The position numbers were made by a program, and so were the translations under genes. Shown here piece by piece: positions 8,015 to 20,517 of a stretch of 64,000 nucleotides of DNA. Every line of letters begins with the position of its first letter. Positions within the stretch are counted from its first letter, which is position 1. Source of the stretch: Psilocybe cubensis (taxonomy: Eukaryota); NCBI GenBank assembly GCA_017499595.2, contig CM039008.1, positions 1-64,000 on the forward strand, given 5' to 3'. The notes under the pieces were generated by a model. The model was not told where the DNA came from. It did not search any database and saw only the letters and a list, made by a program, of their open reading frames with translations.

Positions 8015-11000
8015 ATGTCATCTCAATACTCTGCTGCTTTCTCTCGTGCCATGTCCCCCACCCTGGACGCACTCACCCAGGCCGTCGTCAACAACACCGT
8101 TTTCGGCGTCAACGATGAAGCAGGCCGCCATAACGCTCTGATCGACGAGCTGGCCACTGTGGTCATCAAAAAAATAGCTGAGTGCCGCTCCGTTGACCAA
8201 GTCATAGACTGCGTCTTTTTTGACTATCGTGCTGCCCTTAGGGAGTTTCTCCTCAACCTCGCATCGTGGTGCGATAAGAGGGAAACAGTCAAGGCTAGCC
8301 TCGAGCGCCTTGAATCTGCCGTTAGCGCAGGCAACACGCCCAATCGCCTTAAGGTGAAGGCACCCGAGTTCCAACTTACGAAGGAATTCGCGGATGCCGG
8401 GTCAGCGGAGGCTCTTCGAGTCTCCACTACGTTCTCTACCGCTCGTGACGCCTTCCAAAAGGCAATTAACGACGGCGCCATTCAGGCGAAAAAGGACGAG
8501 CTGACTTTTTGGGATGATAAATGCGCACTCAACTCTTGCTACGAAGCTGCTGCCCTCATCGTTAAGGCAACTTACGATGATCGCAAATCCAGCTACAAGC
8601 TCCCTGTTTTCTCTACAGATAACAAGGGAGTTCGACGTATAGCAGAGTGGGTAGTGTCTCCGCAAAAGAAAGCCGAATGCAGTGCGCTGCAAACCATACT
8701 GCCGGCGATCTTTTCTCACATCAAACAAATTGTCAACATGCGCCACCGCGCTTTGGCAATTAAGATTGAGAAAAAGCGGACGACTGCGGCAACAGCCGAT
8801 GTCGAGATGGCCGACGCGACCAAACCAGGTCCGTCGATTCAATCCCTTATTGATAAGGGCTTGAATGCACGTCTCAAGAAGCTCAACCTTGGATCTGTGG
8901 GCAAGAAGGCAAGTTTTCGTAACCCTTCACCCATAATTCTGGATACTAATTACTACTCTAATTACCCAGACTTTGTCTGGCCAGAATTCGTCCAAGGCTC
9001 CTCAACCTCAGGCCAAGAAAGCTGGCCCTTCGAAACCCAAGTCGTCGTCGACGCCTTCGCAACGCAAGCCTCAAACCAAGGCTTCCAACAAGGTCGACAA
9101 CAAGAAGAAAGGGAAGGGGAGAGCTCCCGTCAAGAACGATCCAAAGGGAAAGGGAAAGGCAAGAGCCTAGATGCGCGGTCTAATGTAGTACCTTTTACGT
9201 CGGTGAGACCCGCCTTCCCCAACTCTATTCCTGACGATATACTCACCATGACTAAAACAGACGCAGTTTCTTTCGTACACTTACATACTCCAATATCATT
9301 CTTGTTGGCTGGCCAGTATCGTAGTAGTGTACATTGTAGTCCTGGTGTTTCTGTCCCTGTTGATGTAGCAAACGATCTCTCTCTCGGACTTAATTATATG
9401 TTTTTCACTCTGCCTTCTAAAAGTCTGATCATGCAAGCATGGAATGATTTCCAACGAAGAATAAGATGGCGTATCTATTTTTTGTTTAAGGAAGGCATGA
9501 ATAAACCTTTTGATCCAGATTATGGAGTAAGCTCAAAAAAGAAAGAGAAACCTCCTGTATTACCGCAATATATGGAACTTGGCCTTTCGATGGGACGTCG
9601 GTACGTGCAACGCACGATCGCAAGTATCCCGGAAGAAGCCCTTACGGAGATGCGAAAGCACGCGTTCTCTCCTAAAAGGGACAAGATCCGTAAGTTTCTT
9701 ATCGATAACAACTATGTTATTACGATGACAGATAAGAATCTTGGCCTCGCGGTGTCTGAACGCGACTGGATATTAAGGAATGAGCTCAATCTTCTTGAAG
9801 ATGAACGTAATTACGAAGAGTTAGAATTCGAAGTTGCGCAAGAAGTTATGAAGAGCAAAATGATTCAGATGCAAACGCTCGCACGTACTGTCGAAGATGA
9901 ACATCTGTTTCTATTTGAACTTGGGTTGTCTCGATTCTTTCTATCGAATGTACCGGAAGACGGATCATCGTTCAAGTATCCTCAATTTCATGGTATACCT
10001 AAAATCCACAAGAAACCTACTGGATTTAGGCCCATAATTCCGTGTCACTCTGTAGTATTTAATCCTGCAGCCAAGTTTGTATCAAAAGAGCTTAAGCCGA
10101 TTATTAAATCGACTCCTTCAATCATACACGGAACGAAGGATCTCTTTACGAGATTAAGCCAATTGCGTATAGACTCCAAAAGACAATGGTATTTTGTCAC
10201 TGGAGATGTAGTTGCTTTCTATCCCAATATTCCGTTGGACTTGTGCATCGAAATCGTTTGTAGTATGTACGAGGAATGGTTACTCAACGCTTCGGAAGAA
10301 AACACTGCATTAGCCCATATTAATCCAAATTCGTTAGAGAATAACTTGGTTAAATTGGGCATCTTTAAACGTGCTATCGAGATTGGCAATACGCAATTGA
10401 TAACACAACATGGGTCTAGATATTTTAGACAAAAAAATGGCCTCGCAATGGGCGTCGCGGATTCTCCGGACCTTGCTAACCTCTTTGGAGCCCATTTTGA
10501 AATAAAGTCAAAAATCTTAGACCACCCAAACGTGGCCTTCTATGGAAGGTACATCGACGATTGTTTCGCAATTGTTTACGCCGAGTCCGAAGCACTTGCA
10601 CTTAATCTTATTAAAGAAACAATAAAGTTCGATGGTTGTGTTATCGAATGGGCTGTTTCCTCGTCGGGATGTCAATTTCTCGATGCTTTCATATTCAAGG
10701 AGTCTGGAAAACTTCATTGGAAGCCTTTTGTCAAGACAGGAAACAACCGAGAACGAGTTCCATGGGTATCACATCATCCTTTGGACGTCAAACGTGGCGT
10801 CTACATTGGAGAGTTATCCAGGTTAGCCGTGCTATGTAGTACCAAGGAAATCTACATCGGAGCAATTAGAGACCTTAACGCTCTCTATTTGATGCGCGGT
10901 TATCCCGAAAACCTAGTCATATCTTGGTGTAAGAAGAATATACAAGAACGTTGGGAAAAGCGATTCGCTTTACGAGTCGCAGAGCACGACGAATCCATTC

Positions 11001-11545
11001 TTGTACTTAAAACCAGATTTGATCAGGTATGGAATTGGTTTTCAGCTGCTGAACTTGGAAAAACTGTTACCGAGTACTGGTCGGCATGGTATGAACATGC
11101 CGAGAAAGGTTTGTATAGTGCAGACTCGTCCAGACCCCTTATCAAACCAGATCCAAATTACGTTCACGACCTCGATGATGTTCGCCCGGAGCTGTTCACA
11201 CAGATCCTCGTGGACGGAGAAACTGAGTTCGTACCGGATTTGAGGAAGATAGGACTACTCGGAAGTCGTTGGATAGTATCGCGAAAACGCAATACTAATC
11301 TTTTCGACCTTGCAAATGTGTGGAAGAAAACAGTCTTTCGTAAACTGGATGAAGACATCGCTGAAAAAGGTGGTGTTGTTCCCGAAACTCAAAACGTTAA
11401 TGAAACTTATCATTCTGCTTTAGTTGAAGCTACTGAGCAGATAAGTATCGAAAGTGATAACGAGATAATACTTCATAGACGTTCAATCTCACAAGAGAGG
11501 GAACATCCAGAATTTGGCAGAATATCCAAATCTTACAACCGATGA
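8015..11545 (+). CDS. Penelope-like RT polyprotein (1176 aa), intact
   Basis: Same RT motifs as copy A. Confidence 0.93.
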   Translation: MSSQYSAAFSRAMSPTLDALTQAVVNNTVFGVNDEAGRHNALIDELATVVIKKIAECRSVDQVIDCVFFDYRAALREFLLNLASWCDKRETVKASLERLESAVSAGNTPNRLKVKAPEFQLTKEFADAGSAEALRVSTTFSTARDAFQKAINDGAIQAKKDELTFWDDKCALNSCYEAAALIVKATYDDRKSSYKLPVFSTDNKGVRRIAEWVVSPQKKAECSALQTILPAIFSHIKQIVNMRHRALAIKIEKKRTTAATADVEMADATKPGPSIQSLIDKGLNARLKKLNLGSVGKKASFRNPSPIILDTNYYSNYPDFVWPEFVQGSSTSGQESWPFETQVVVDAFATQASNQGFQQGRQQEEREGESSRQERSKGKGKGKSLDARSNVVPFTSVRPAFPNSIPDDILTMTKTDAVSFVHLHTPISFLLAGQYRSSVHCSPGVSVPVDVANDLSLGLNYMFFTLPSKSLIMQAWNDFQRRIRWRIYFLFKEGMNKPFDPDYGVSSKKKEKPPVLPQYMELGLSMGRRYVQRTIASIPEEALTEMRKHAFSPKRDKIRKFLIDNNYVITMTDKNLGLAVSERDWILRNELNLLEDERNYEELEFEVAQEVMKSKMIQMQTLARTVEDEHLFLFELGLSRFFLSNVPEDGSSFKYPQFHGIPKIHKKPTGFRPIIPCHSVVFNPAAKFVSKELKPIIKSTPSIIHGTKDLFTRLSQLRIDSKRQWYFVTGDVVAFYPNIPLDLCIEIVCSMYEEWLLNASEENTALAHINPNSLENNLVKLGIFKRAIEIGNTQLITQHGSRYFRQKNGLAMGVADSPDLANLFGAHFEIKSKILDHPNVAFYGRYIDDCFAIVYAESEALALNLIKETIKFDGCVIEWAVSSSGCQFLDAFIFKESGKLHWKPFVKTGNNRERVPWVSHHPLDVKRGVYIGELSRLAVLCSTKEIYIGAIRDLNALYLMRGYPENLVISWCKKNIQERWEKRFALRVAEHDESILVLKTRFDQVWNWFSAAELGKTVTEYWSAWYEHAEKGLYSADSSRPLIKPDPNYVHDLDDVRPELFTQILVDGETEFVPDLRKIGLLGSRWIVSRKRNTNLFDLANVWKKTVFRKLDEDIAEKGGVVPETQNVNETYHSALVEATEQISIESDNEIILHRRSISQEREHPEFGRISKSYNR

Positions 11546-12260
11546 AAAGAATACTAGCGCTTAAGGCGTAAAGCATTAGAAAAAAACCCTAACCGTAAGT
11601 ATTCCTTGCTATAAAGTAACAAACATCTACTTACAAGCAACACATTGGATTGAATAGCTAAACCTAAACCTAAACCCTAAACCCTAAACCCTAAACCCTA
11701 ACCTAACCCCAACCCTAAGCTAACTAAGTCTAACCTTAGTAGGAAGTAAGGTAGGCGTGTGAACTTCCGAACGGCATGTGATTGTGAAGGGCCGGATCTA
11801 ATTTAGTACATGGGAAAAGTTACTTAGTACTTCGGGAAAAGTTCCTTAGTACCGTGGAAACATTTTTGATGGACCGGATCATGAACTGTCCAATTAAGAT
11901 TCACAACAATCAATCATTCTATTGTTTGATTGTTAGGTAAGGACCCAGGTAAGTTATTTATACTCTAGACATGTGAATATTCCCATGTCGCGGTTACTCG
12001 GAGCCACGTAACCAGAGTAATCTATATCCATGTGATTCACATCACAGTCAATAACCCACGATGTCAAAGAACAAAAGTGTTGGATCCACTTTTGACAGGT
12101 TACCATGTGCCACATCGACCCGTGACACTCTGTTCATCAGAGACCTGTCTAACTTGACGATAAACATTGACAGATTTGTGATAGTCGGTAAGATACATGA
12201 CAGCTGCGCAGCATCACTTCACGCGCTGTCATCGGATGTCTAGAACATTCCTTCTAAGAA

Positions 12261-12327
12261 TAGCCACTGAAGAGTCTATAAAGACGAAAGGGCTGGTTGT
12301 TGGGATCCCCCAACAGCCCTCTGGCTA
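12261..12327 (+). ncRNA. Intact hammerhead ribozyme (copy B 3' pLTR)
   Basis: Same core; stem I TAGCCA/TGGCTA. Confidence 0.9.
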
Positions 12328-13175
12328 CTTTCCATTTAACTCCCAGTTTAAACTAGTCGCTCGCACCTCGCTTCGCTCGGTGCTCGCTCCCCCCCTAAAC
12401 CCTAACCCTAAACCCTAAAACCCTAGCGCGTAAGGCGTAAAGCATTAGAAAAAAACCCTAACCGTAAGTATTCCTTGCTATAAAGTAACAAACATCTACT
12501 TACAAGCAACACTTTGGATTAAATAGCTAAACCTAAACCCTAAACCCTAAACCCTAAACCCTAACCTAACCCCAACCCTAAGCTAACTAAGTCTAACCTT
12601 AGTAGGAAGTAAGGTAGGCGTGTGAACTTCCGAACGGATGTGATTGTGAAGGGCCGGATCTAATTTAGTACATGGGAAAAGTTACTTAGTACTTCGGGAA
12701 AAGTTCCTTAGTACCGTGGAAACATTTTTGATGGACCGGATCATGAACTGTCCAATTAAGATTCACAACAATCAATCATTTGATTGTTAGGTAAGGACCC
12801 AGGTAAGCTATTTATACTCTAGACATGTGAATATTCCCATGTCGCGGTTACTCGGAGCCACGTAACCAGAGTACTCTATATCCATGTGATTCACATCACA
12901 GTCAATAACCCACAATGTCAAAGAACAAAAGTGTTGGATCCACTTTTGACAGGTTACCATGTGCCACATCGACCCGTGACACTCTGTTCATCAGAGATCT
13001 GTCTAACTTGACAATAAACATTGACAGATTTGTGATAGTCGGTAAGATACATGACAGCTGCGCAGCATCACTTCACGCGCTGTCATCGGATGTTCCAGAA
13101 CATTCCTTCTAAGAATAGCCACTGAAGAGTCTATAAAGACGAAAGGGCTGGCTGCTGATAACAATCAACAGCCCT

Positions 13176-14104
13176 CAAGTACTCGTCCTCTCCCAAACTC
13201 CTGCCGCTTGTGCCTTCCCAACTCATCCGGGAGCCCTTTCGTCACTGATCTTGCCCTTGACTCGGGGACGTTTCATCGACATGTTGGCTGCCTCACGGCA
13301 AGCGGGGCCCTTTTTCTTTCACTCGCTCACGCCTTCTATGTTGGGTTACGGAGGTCATACAAACTCGTTTTAGTCTAGCTGCGGGGTTATCCAGCTATGA
13401 TGACTTTGTAATTCGAGGGCGCGCAGTTCTTCAATGGGTATGGACATCAGGTGAGAGTACACTGGGGGTTGTCAGGACCAGCTCTGCTGGATACGCTCCT
13501 GGCAAGTCGGTTGCAGCCGGCGACACTACCGAATTGCTGGGACGTCCTAAAGCTTGTGGGTACCGCCGACCGCTGGAAACAGCCTAGGCACCGGTGGCGA
13601 CCGGGTATGGTAACAATCCCCAAGATTCAGCGAAAGCTGGAATGGATAATCAGCAGCGAATCCGTAACGGTCACGCCGACGGAAGCGTTCAACGACTAGG
13701 TGGTAGTGGGGTCTTCGGATCTTAAGATATAGTCTTGGGAGTGGGGAAACCCACATCTGGTATCTAAACCGCGCCTCGCTGCTTACGAGGACGGCCCGAA
13801 GTCCAGAACCGCTTAAAACGCGGGTGACCCGGCCTCCCCTTAGTAAAGGGAGTTAACACAAGGATGGACAAATAGTTCGTCGCCGGAAATGAACCTGTGG
13901 CTGTAATGGCTGATGTGGCGCCCCTTGGTAAAGGGCTTAAAGGGTATTAGCCTGCCATGTCCAATGGCATGAGAGTGTCCCTTGGTAAAGGACTTAATAG
14001 GCAATAGCCTGCTCTTTTGTCATGAGCGGTATGTAGTGATCGTTTGCCTGTACGGTAGCGCCCATTGCTTGCACTGGTCCACGCCCGTAAAAAATCACGA
14101 GCCG
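13176..14104 (+). ncRNA. Group I intron in hammerhead (copy C)
   Basis: 929 nt, same boundaries and core. Confidence 0.92.
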
Positions 14105-14216
14105 CTGGCCTTCTTTCCATTTAACTCACAGTTTAAACAAGTCGCTCGCACCTCGCTTCGCTCGGTGCTCGCTCCCCCCCTAAACCCAACGACTTTGCTA
14201 TTACCCAACAGCTACT

Positions 14217-17200
14217 ATGTCTTCCACTTACTCTGCTGCCTTCTCTCGTGCCATGTCCCCCACCCTGGACGCACTCACCCAGGCTGTCGTCAACAACACA
14301 GTTTTTGGCGTCAACGACGAAGCTGGCCGCCACAACGCCCTCATCGACGAGTTGGCCACTGTCGTCATCAAGAAAATAGCTGAGTGCCGCTCCATTGACC
14401 AGATTGTAGACTGCGTCTTTTTTGACTATCGTGCTGCCCTTAGGGAGTTTCTCCTCAACCTCGCATCGTGGTGCGATAAGAGGGAAACAGTCAAGGCTAG
14501 CCTCGAGCGCCTTGAACTTGCCGTTAGCGCAGGCAACACCCCCAATCGCCTTCGGGTGAAGGCTCCCGAGTTCCAACTTACGAAGGAATTCGCGGATGCC
14601 GGGTCAGCGGAAGCTCTTCGAGTTTCCTCTACGTTCTCCACCGCTCGTGATGTCTTCCAAAAGGCAATCAACGACGGCGCCATTCAGGCGAAAAAGGACG
14701 AACTGGCCTTTTGGGATGATAAATGCGCACTCAATAACTGTTATGAAGCTGCTGCCCTCATCGTTAAGACAACTTACGATGATCGCAAATCCAGCTATAA
14801 GCTCCCCGTTTTCTCTACAGACAACAAGGGAGTTCGTCGAATAACAGATTGGGTAGTGTCACCGCAGAAGAAGGCTGAATGCAGCGCATTGCAAACCATT
14901 TTGCCAGCCATCTTCTCTCATATCAAACAGATTGTCAACTTGCGCCACCGCGCTTTGGCAATCAAGATTGAGAAAAAGCGGTCGACTGCGGCAACAGCCG
15001 ATGTCGAGATGGCCGATGCGACCAAACCAGGTCCATCGATTCAATCCCTTATTGATAAGGGCTTGAATGCACGTCTCAAGAAGCTCAACCTTGGATCTGT
15101 GGGCAAGAAGGCAAGTTCTCGTAACCCTTCACCCATAACTCTGGATACTAATTACTATTCTAATTACCCAGACTTTGTCTGGCCAGAATTCGTCCAAGGC
15201 TCCTCAACCTCAGGCCAAGAAAGCTGGCCCTTCGAAATTCAAACCCTCGTCGACGCCTTCGCAGAAGAAGCCCCAAACCAAGGCTTCCAACAAGGTCGAC
15301 AACAAGAAGAAAGGGAAGGGGAGAGCTCCCGTCAAGAACGATCCAAAGGGAAAGGGAAAGGCAAGAGCCTAGACGCGCGGTCTAATGTAGTACCTTTTAC
15401 GTCGGTAAGACCCGCCTTCCCCAACTCTATTCCTGACGATATACTCACCATGACTAAAACAGACGCAGTTTCTTTTGTACACTTACATACGCCGATCTCA
15501 TTCTTGTTGGCTGGCCAGTATCGTAGTAGTGTACACTGTAGTCCTGGTGTGGTGGTCCCTGTAGATATAGCAAATGATTTGTCACTCGGACTCAATTATA
15601 TGTTTTTTACTCTACCTTCTCAAAGTCTGATCATGCAAGCATGGAATGATTTTCAACGAAGAATAAGATGGCGTATCTATTTTTTGTTTAAGGAAGGCAT
15701 GAACAAACCTTTTGATCCAGATTACGGAGTAAGCTCAAAAAAGAAAGAGAAACCTCCAGTATTACCGCAATACATGGAACTTGGCCTTTCGATGGGACGT
15801 CGGTACGTGCAACGCACGATCGCAAGTATCCCGGAAGAAGCCCTTACGGAGATGCGAAAGCACGCGTTCTCTCCTAAAAGGGACAAGATCCGTAAGTTTC
15901 TTATCGATAACAACTATGTTATTACGATGACAGATAAGAATCTTGGCCTCGCGGTGTCTGAACGCGACTGGATATTAAGGAATGAGCTCAATCTTCTTGA
16001 AGATGAACGTAACTATGAAGAGTTAGAATTCGAAGTTGCGCAAGAAGTAATGAAGAGCAAAATGATCCAGATGCAAACTCTTGCACGTACCGTCGAAGAT
16101 GAACATCTGTTTCTATTTGAACTTGGGTTGTCTCGATTCTTTCTATCGAATGTACCGGAAGACGGATCATCGTTCAAGTACCCTCAATTTCATGGTATAC
16201 CTAAAATCCACAAAAAACCTACTGGATTTAGGCCCATAATTCCGTGTCACTCTGTAGTATTTAATCCTGCAGCCAAGTTTGTATCAAAAGAGCTTAAGCC
16301 GATTATTAAATCGACTCCTTCAATCATTCACGGAACGAAGGATCTCTTTACGAGATTAAGCCAATTGCGTATAGACCCCAAACGACAATGGTATTTTGTC
16401 ACCGGGGATGTAGTTGCTTTCTATCCCAATATTCCGTTGGACTTGTGCATCGAAATCGTTTGTAATATGTACGAGGAATGGTTACTCAACGCTTCGGAAG
16501 AAAACACTGCATTAGCCCATATTAATCCAAATTCGTTAGAGAATAACTTGGTTAAATTGGGCATCTTTAAACGTGCTATCGAGATTGGCAATACGCAATT
16601 GATAACACAACATGGGTCTAGATATTTTAGACAAAAAAAATGGCCTCGCAATGGGCGTCGCGGATTCTCCGGACCTTGCTAACCTCTTTGGAGCCCATTT
16701 TGAAATAAAGTCAAAAATCTTAGACCACCCAAACGTGGCCTTCTATGGAAGGTACATCGACGATTGTTTCGCAATTGTTTACGCCGAGTCCGAAGCACTT
16801 GCACTTAATCTTATTAAAGAAACAATAAAGTTCGATGGTTGTGTTATCGAATGGGCTGTTTCCTCGTCGGGATGTCAATTTCTCGATGCTTTCATATTCA
16901 AGGAGTCTGGAAAACTTCATTGGAAGCCATTTGTCAAGACAGGAAACAACCGAGAACGAGTTCCATGGGTATCACATCATCCTTTGGACGTCAAACGTGG
17001 CGTCTACATTGGAGAGTTATCCAGGTTAGCCGTGCTATGTAGTACCAAGGAAATCTACATCGGAGCAATTAGAGACCTTAACGCTCTCTATTTGATGCGC
17101 GGTTATCCCGAAAACCTAGTCATGTCTTGGTGTAAGAAGAATATACAAGAACGTTGGGAAAAGCGATTCGCTTTACGAGTCGCAGAGCACGACGAATCCA

Positions 17201-17748
17201 TTCTTGTACTTAAAACCAGATTTGATCAGGTATGGAATTGGTTTTCAGCTGCTGAACTTGGAAAAACTGTTACCGAGTACTGGTCGGCATGGTATGAACA
17301 TGCCGAGAAAGGTTTGTATAGTGCAGACTCGTCCAGACCCCTTATCAAACCAGATCCAAATTACGTTCACGACCTCGATGATGTTCGCCCGGAGCTGTTC
17401 ACACAGATCCTCGTGGACGGAGAAACTGAGTTCGTACCGGATTTGAGGAAGATAGGACTACTCGGAAGTCGTTGGATAGTATCGCGAAAACGCAATACTA
17501 ATCTTTTCGACCTTGCAAATGTGTGGAAGAAAACAGTCTTTCGTAAACTGGATGAAGACATCGCTGAAAAAGGTGGTGTTGTTCCCGAAACTCAAAACGT
17601 TAATGAAACTTATCATTCTGCTTTAGTTGAAGCTGCTGAACAGATAAGTATCGAAAGTGATAACGAGATAATACTTCATAGACGTTCAATCTCACAAGAG
17701 AGGGAACATCCAGAATTCGGCAGAATATCCAAATCTTACAACCGATGA
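14217..17748 (+). pseudogene. Penelope-like RT ORF with a +1 frameshift (extra A in the run at about 16633-16640)
   Basis: GACAAAAAAAATGG has 8 A against 7 in other copies; ORF splits into 821 + 378 aa; could be a homopolymer sequencing error. Confidence 0.75.
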
Positions 17749-18457
17749 AAAGAATACTAGCGCGTAAGGCGTAAAGCATTAGAAAAAAACCCTAACCGTA
17801 AGTATTCCTTGCTACAAAGTAACAAACATCTACTTACAAGCAACACATTGGATTAAATAGCTAAACCTAAACCTAAACCCTAAACCCTAAACCCTAAGCC
17901 CTAACCTAACCCCAACCCTAAGCTAACTAAGTCTAACCTTAGTAGGAAGTAAGGTAGGCGTGTGAACTTCCGAAAGGCATGTGATTGTGAAGGGCCGGAT
18001 CTAATTTAGTACATGGGAAAAGTTACTTAGTACCTCGGGAAAAGTTCCTTAGTACCGTGGAAACATTTTTGATGGACCGGATCATGAACTGTCCAATTAA
18101 GATTCACAACAATCAATCAATTGATTGTTAGGTAAGGACCCAGGTAAGCTATTTATACTCTTGACATGAGAATATTCCCATGTCACGGTTACTCGGAGCC
18201 ACGTAACCAGAGTATTTTATATCCATGTGATTCACATCACAGTCAATAACCCACGATGTCAAAGAACAAAAGTGTTGGATCCACTTTTGACAGGTTACCA
18301 TGTGCCACATCGACCCGTGACACTCTGTTCATCAGAGATCTGTCTAACTTGACAATAAACATTGACAGATTTGTGATAGTCGGTAAGATACATGACAGCT
18401 GCGCAGCATCACTTCACGCGCTGTCATCGGATGTTCCAGAACATTCCTTCTAAGAAT

Positions 18458-18522
18458 AGCCACTGAAGAGTCTATAAAGACGAAAGGGCTGGCTGCTGAT
18501 AACAATCAACAGCCCTCTGGCC
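18458..18522 (+). ncRNA. Intact hammerhead ribozyme (copy C 3' pLTR)
   Basis: Same core; variant stem III extension TGAT-aaca-ATCA. Confidence 0.9.
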
Positions 18523-18592
18523 TTCTTTCCATTTAACTCACAGTTTAAACAAGTCGCTCGCACCTCGCTTCGCTCGGTGCTCGCTCCCCCCC

Positions 18593-18705
18593 TAAACCCT
18601 AAACCCTAAACCCTTAACCCTAAACCCTAAACCCTAAACCCTAAACCCTAAACCCTAAACCCTAAACCCTAAACCCTAAACCCTAAACCCTAAACCCCTA
18701 AACCC
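18593..18705 (+). repeat. Interstitial telomeric tract
   Basis: About 16 TAAACCC units. Confidence 0.93.
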
Positions 18706-20459
18706 GATGGTTGTGTTATCGAATGGGCTGTTTCCTCGTCGGGATGTCAATTTCTCGATGCTTTCATATTCAAGGAGTCTGGAAAACTTCATTGGAAGCC
18801 ATTTGTCAAGACAGGAAACAACCGAGAACGAGTTCCATGGGTATCACATCATCCTTTGGACGTCAAACGTGGCGTCTACATTGGAGAGTTATCCAGGTTA
18901 GCCGTGCTATGTAGTACCAAGGAAATCTACATCGGAGCAATTAGAGACCTTAACGCTCTCTATTTGATGCGCGGTTATCCCGAAAACCTAGTCATGTCTT
19001 GGTGTAAGAAGAATATACAAGAACGTTGGGAAAAGCGATTCGCTTTACGAGTCGCAGAGCACGACGAATCCATTCTTGTACTTAAAACCAGATTTGATCA
19101 GGTATGGAATTGGTTTTCAGCTGCTGAACTTGGAAAGACTGTTACCGAGTACTGGTCGGCATGGTATGAACATGCCGAGAAAGGTCTGTATAGTGCAGAC
19201 TCGTCCAGACCCCTTATCAAACCAGATCCAAATTACGTTCACGACCTCGATGATGTTCGCCCGGAGCTGTTCACACAGATCCTCGTGGACGGAGAAACTG
19301 AGTTCGTACCGGATTTGAGGAAGATAGGACTACTCGGAAGTCGTTGGATAGTATCGCGAAAGCGCAATACTAATCTTTTCGACCTTGCAAATGTGTGGAA
19401 GAAAACAGTCTTTCGTAAACTGGATGAAAACATCGCTGAAAAAGGTGGTGTTGTTCCCGAAACTCAAAACGTTAATGAAACTTATCATTCTGCTCTAGTT
19501 GAAGCTGCTGAACAGATAAGTATCGAAAGTGATAACGAGATAATACTTCATAGACGTTCAATCTCACAAGAGAGGGAACATCCAGAATTCGGCAGAATAT
19601 CCAAATCTTACAACCGATGAAAAGAATACTAGCGCGTAAGGCGTAAAGCATTAGAAAAAAACCCTAACCGTAAGTATTCCTTGCTATAAAGTAACAAACA
19701 TCTACTTACAAGCAACACTTTGGATTAAATAGCTAAACCTAAACCCTAAACCCTAAACCCTAAACCCTAACCTAACCCCAACCCTAAGCTAACTAAGTCT
19801 AACCTTAGTAGGAAGTAAGGTAGGCGTGTGAACTTCCGAACGGCATGTGATTGTGAAGGGCCGGATCTAATTTAGTACATGGGAAAAGTTACTTAGTACT
19901 TCGGGAAAAGTTCCTTAGTACCGTGGAAACATTTTTGATGGACCGGATCATGAACTGTCCAATTAAGATTCACAACAATCAATCATTCTATTGTTTGATT
20001 GTTAGGTAAGGACCCAGGTAAGCTATTTATACTCTAGACATGTGAATATTCCCATGTCGCGGTTACTCGGAGCCACGTAACCAGAGTAATCTATATCCAT
20101 GTGATTCACATCACAGTCAATAACCCACGATGTCAAAGAACAAAAGTGTTGGATCCACTTTTGACAGGTTACCATGTGCCACATCGACCCGTGACACTCT
20201 GAGACCTGTCTAACTTGACAATAAACATTGACAGATTTGTGATAGTCGGTAAGATACATGACAGCTGCGCAGCATCACTTCACGCGCTGTCATCGGATGT
20301 CTAGAACATTCCTTCTAAGAATAGCCACTGAAGAGTCTATAAAGACGAAAGGGCTGGTTGTTGGGATCCCCCAACAGCCCTCTGGCCTTCTTTCTATTTC
20401 AAACTCACAGTTTAAACTAGTCGCTCGCACCTCGCTTCGCTCGGTGCTCGCTCCCCCCC
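18706..20459 (+). mobile_element. 5'-truncated copy D (RT C-terminal part 18706-19620 + pLTR with intact hammerhead 20323-20387)
   Basis: Starts mid-RT at GATGGTTGTG directly after telomeric repeats. Confidence 0.92.
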
Positions 20460-20517
20460 TAAACCCTAAACCCTAAACCCTAAACCCTAAACCCTAAACC
20501 CTAAACCCTAACCCTAA

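Larger units (their letters stand above)
6354..12395 (+). mobile_element. Penelope-like element copy B (full length, intron-containing 5' pLTR)
   Basis: Near-identical to copy A. Confidence 0.92.
12423..18592 (+). mobile_element. Penelope-like element copy C (starts in an upstream 3' UTR; intron-containing 5' pLTR)
   Basis: Follows telomeric repeats 12396-12425 and begins at CTAGCGCGTAAGG of the 3' UTR. Confidence 0.9.

Noticed and set aside
16630-16642. Programmed frameshift in copy C RT
   Set aside because: One extra A in a homopolymer, absent from all other copies; mutation or sequencing error
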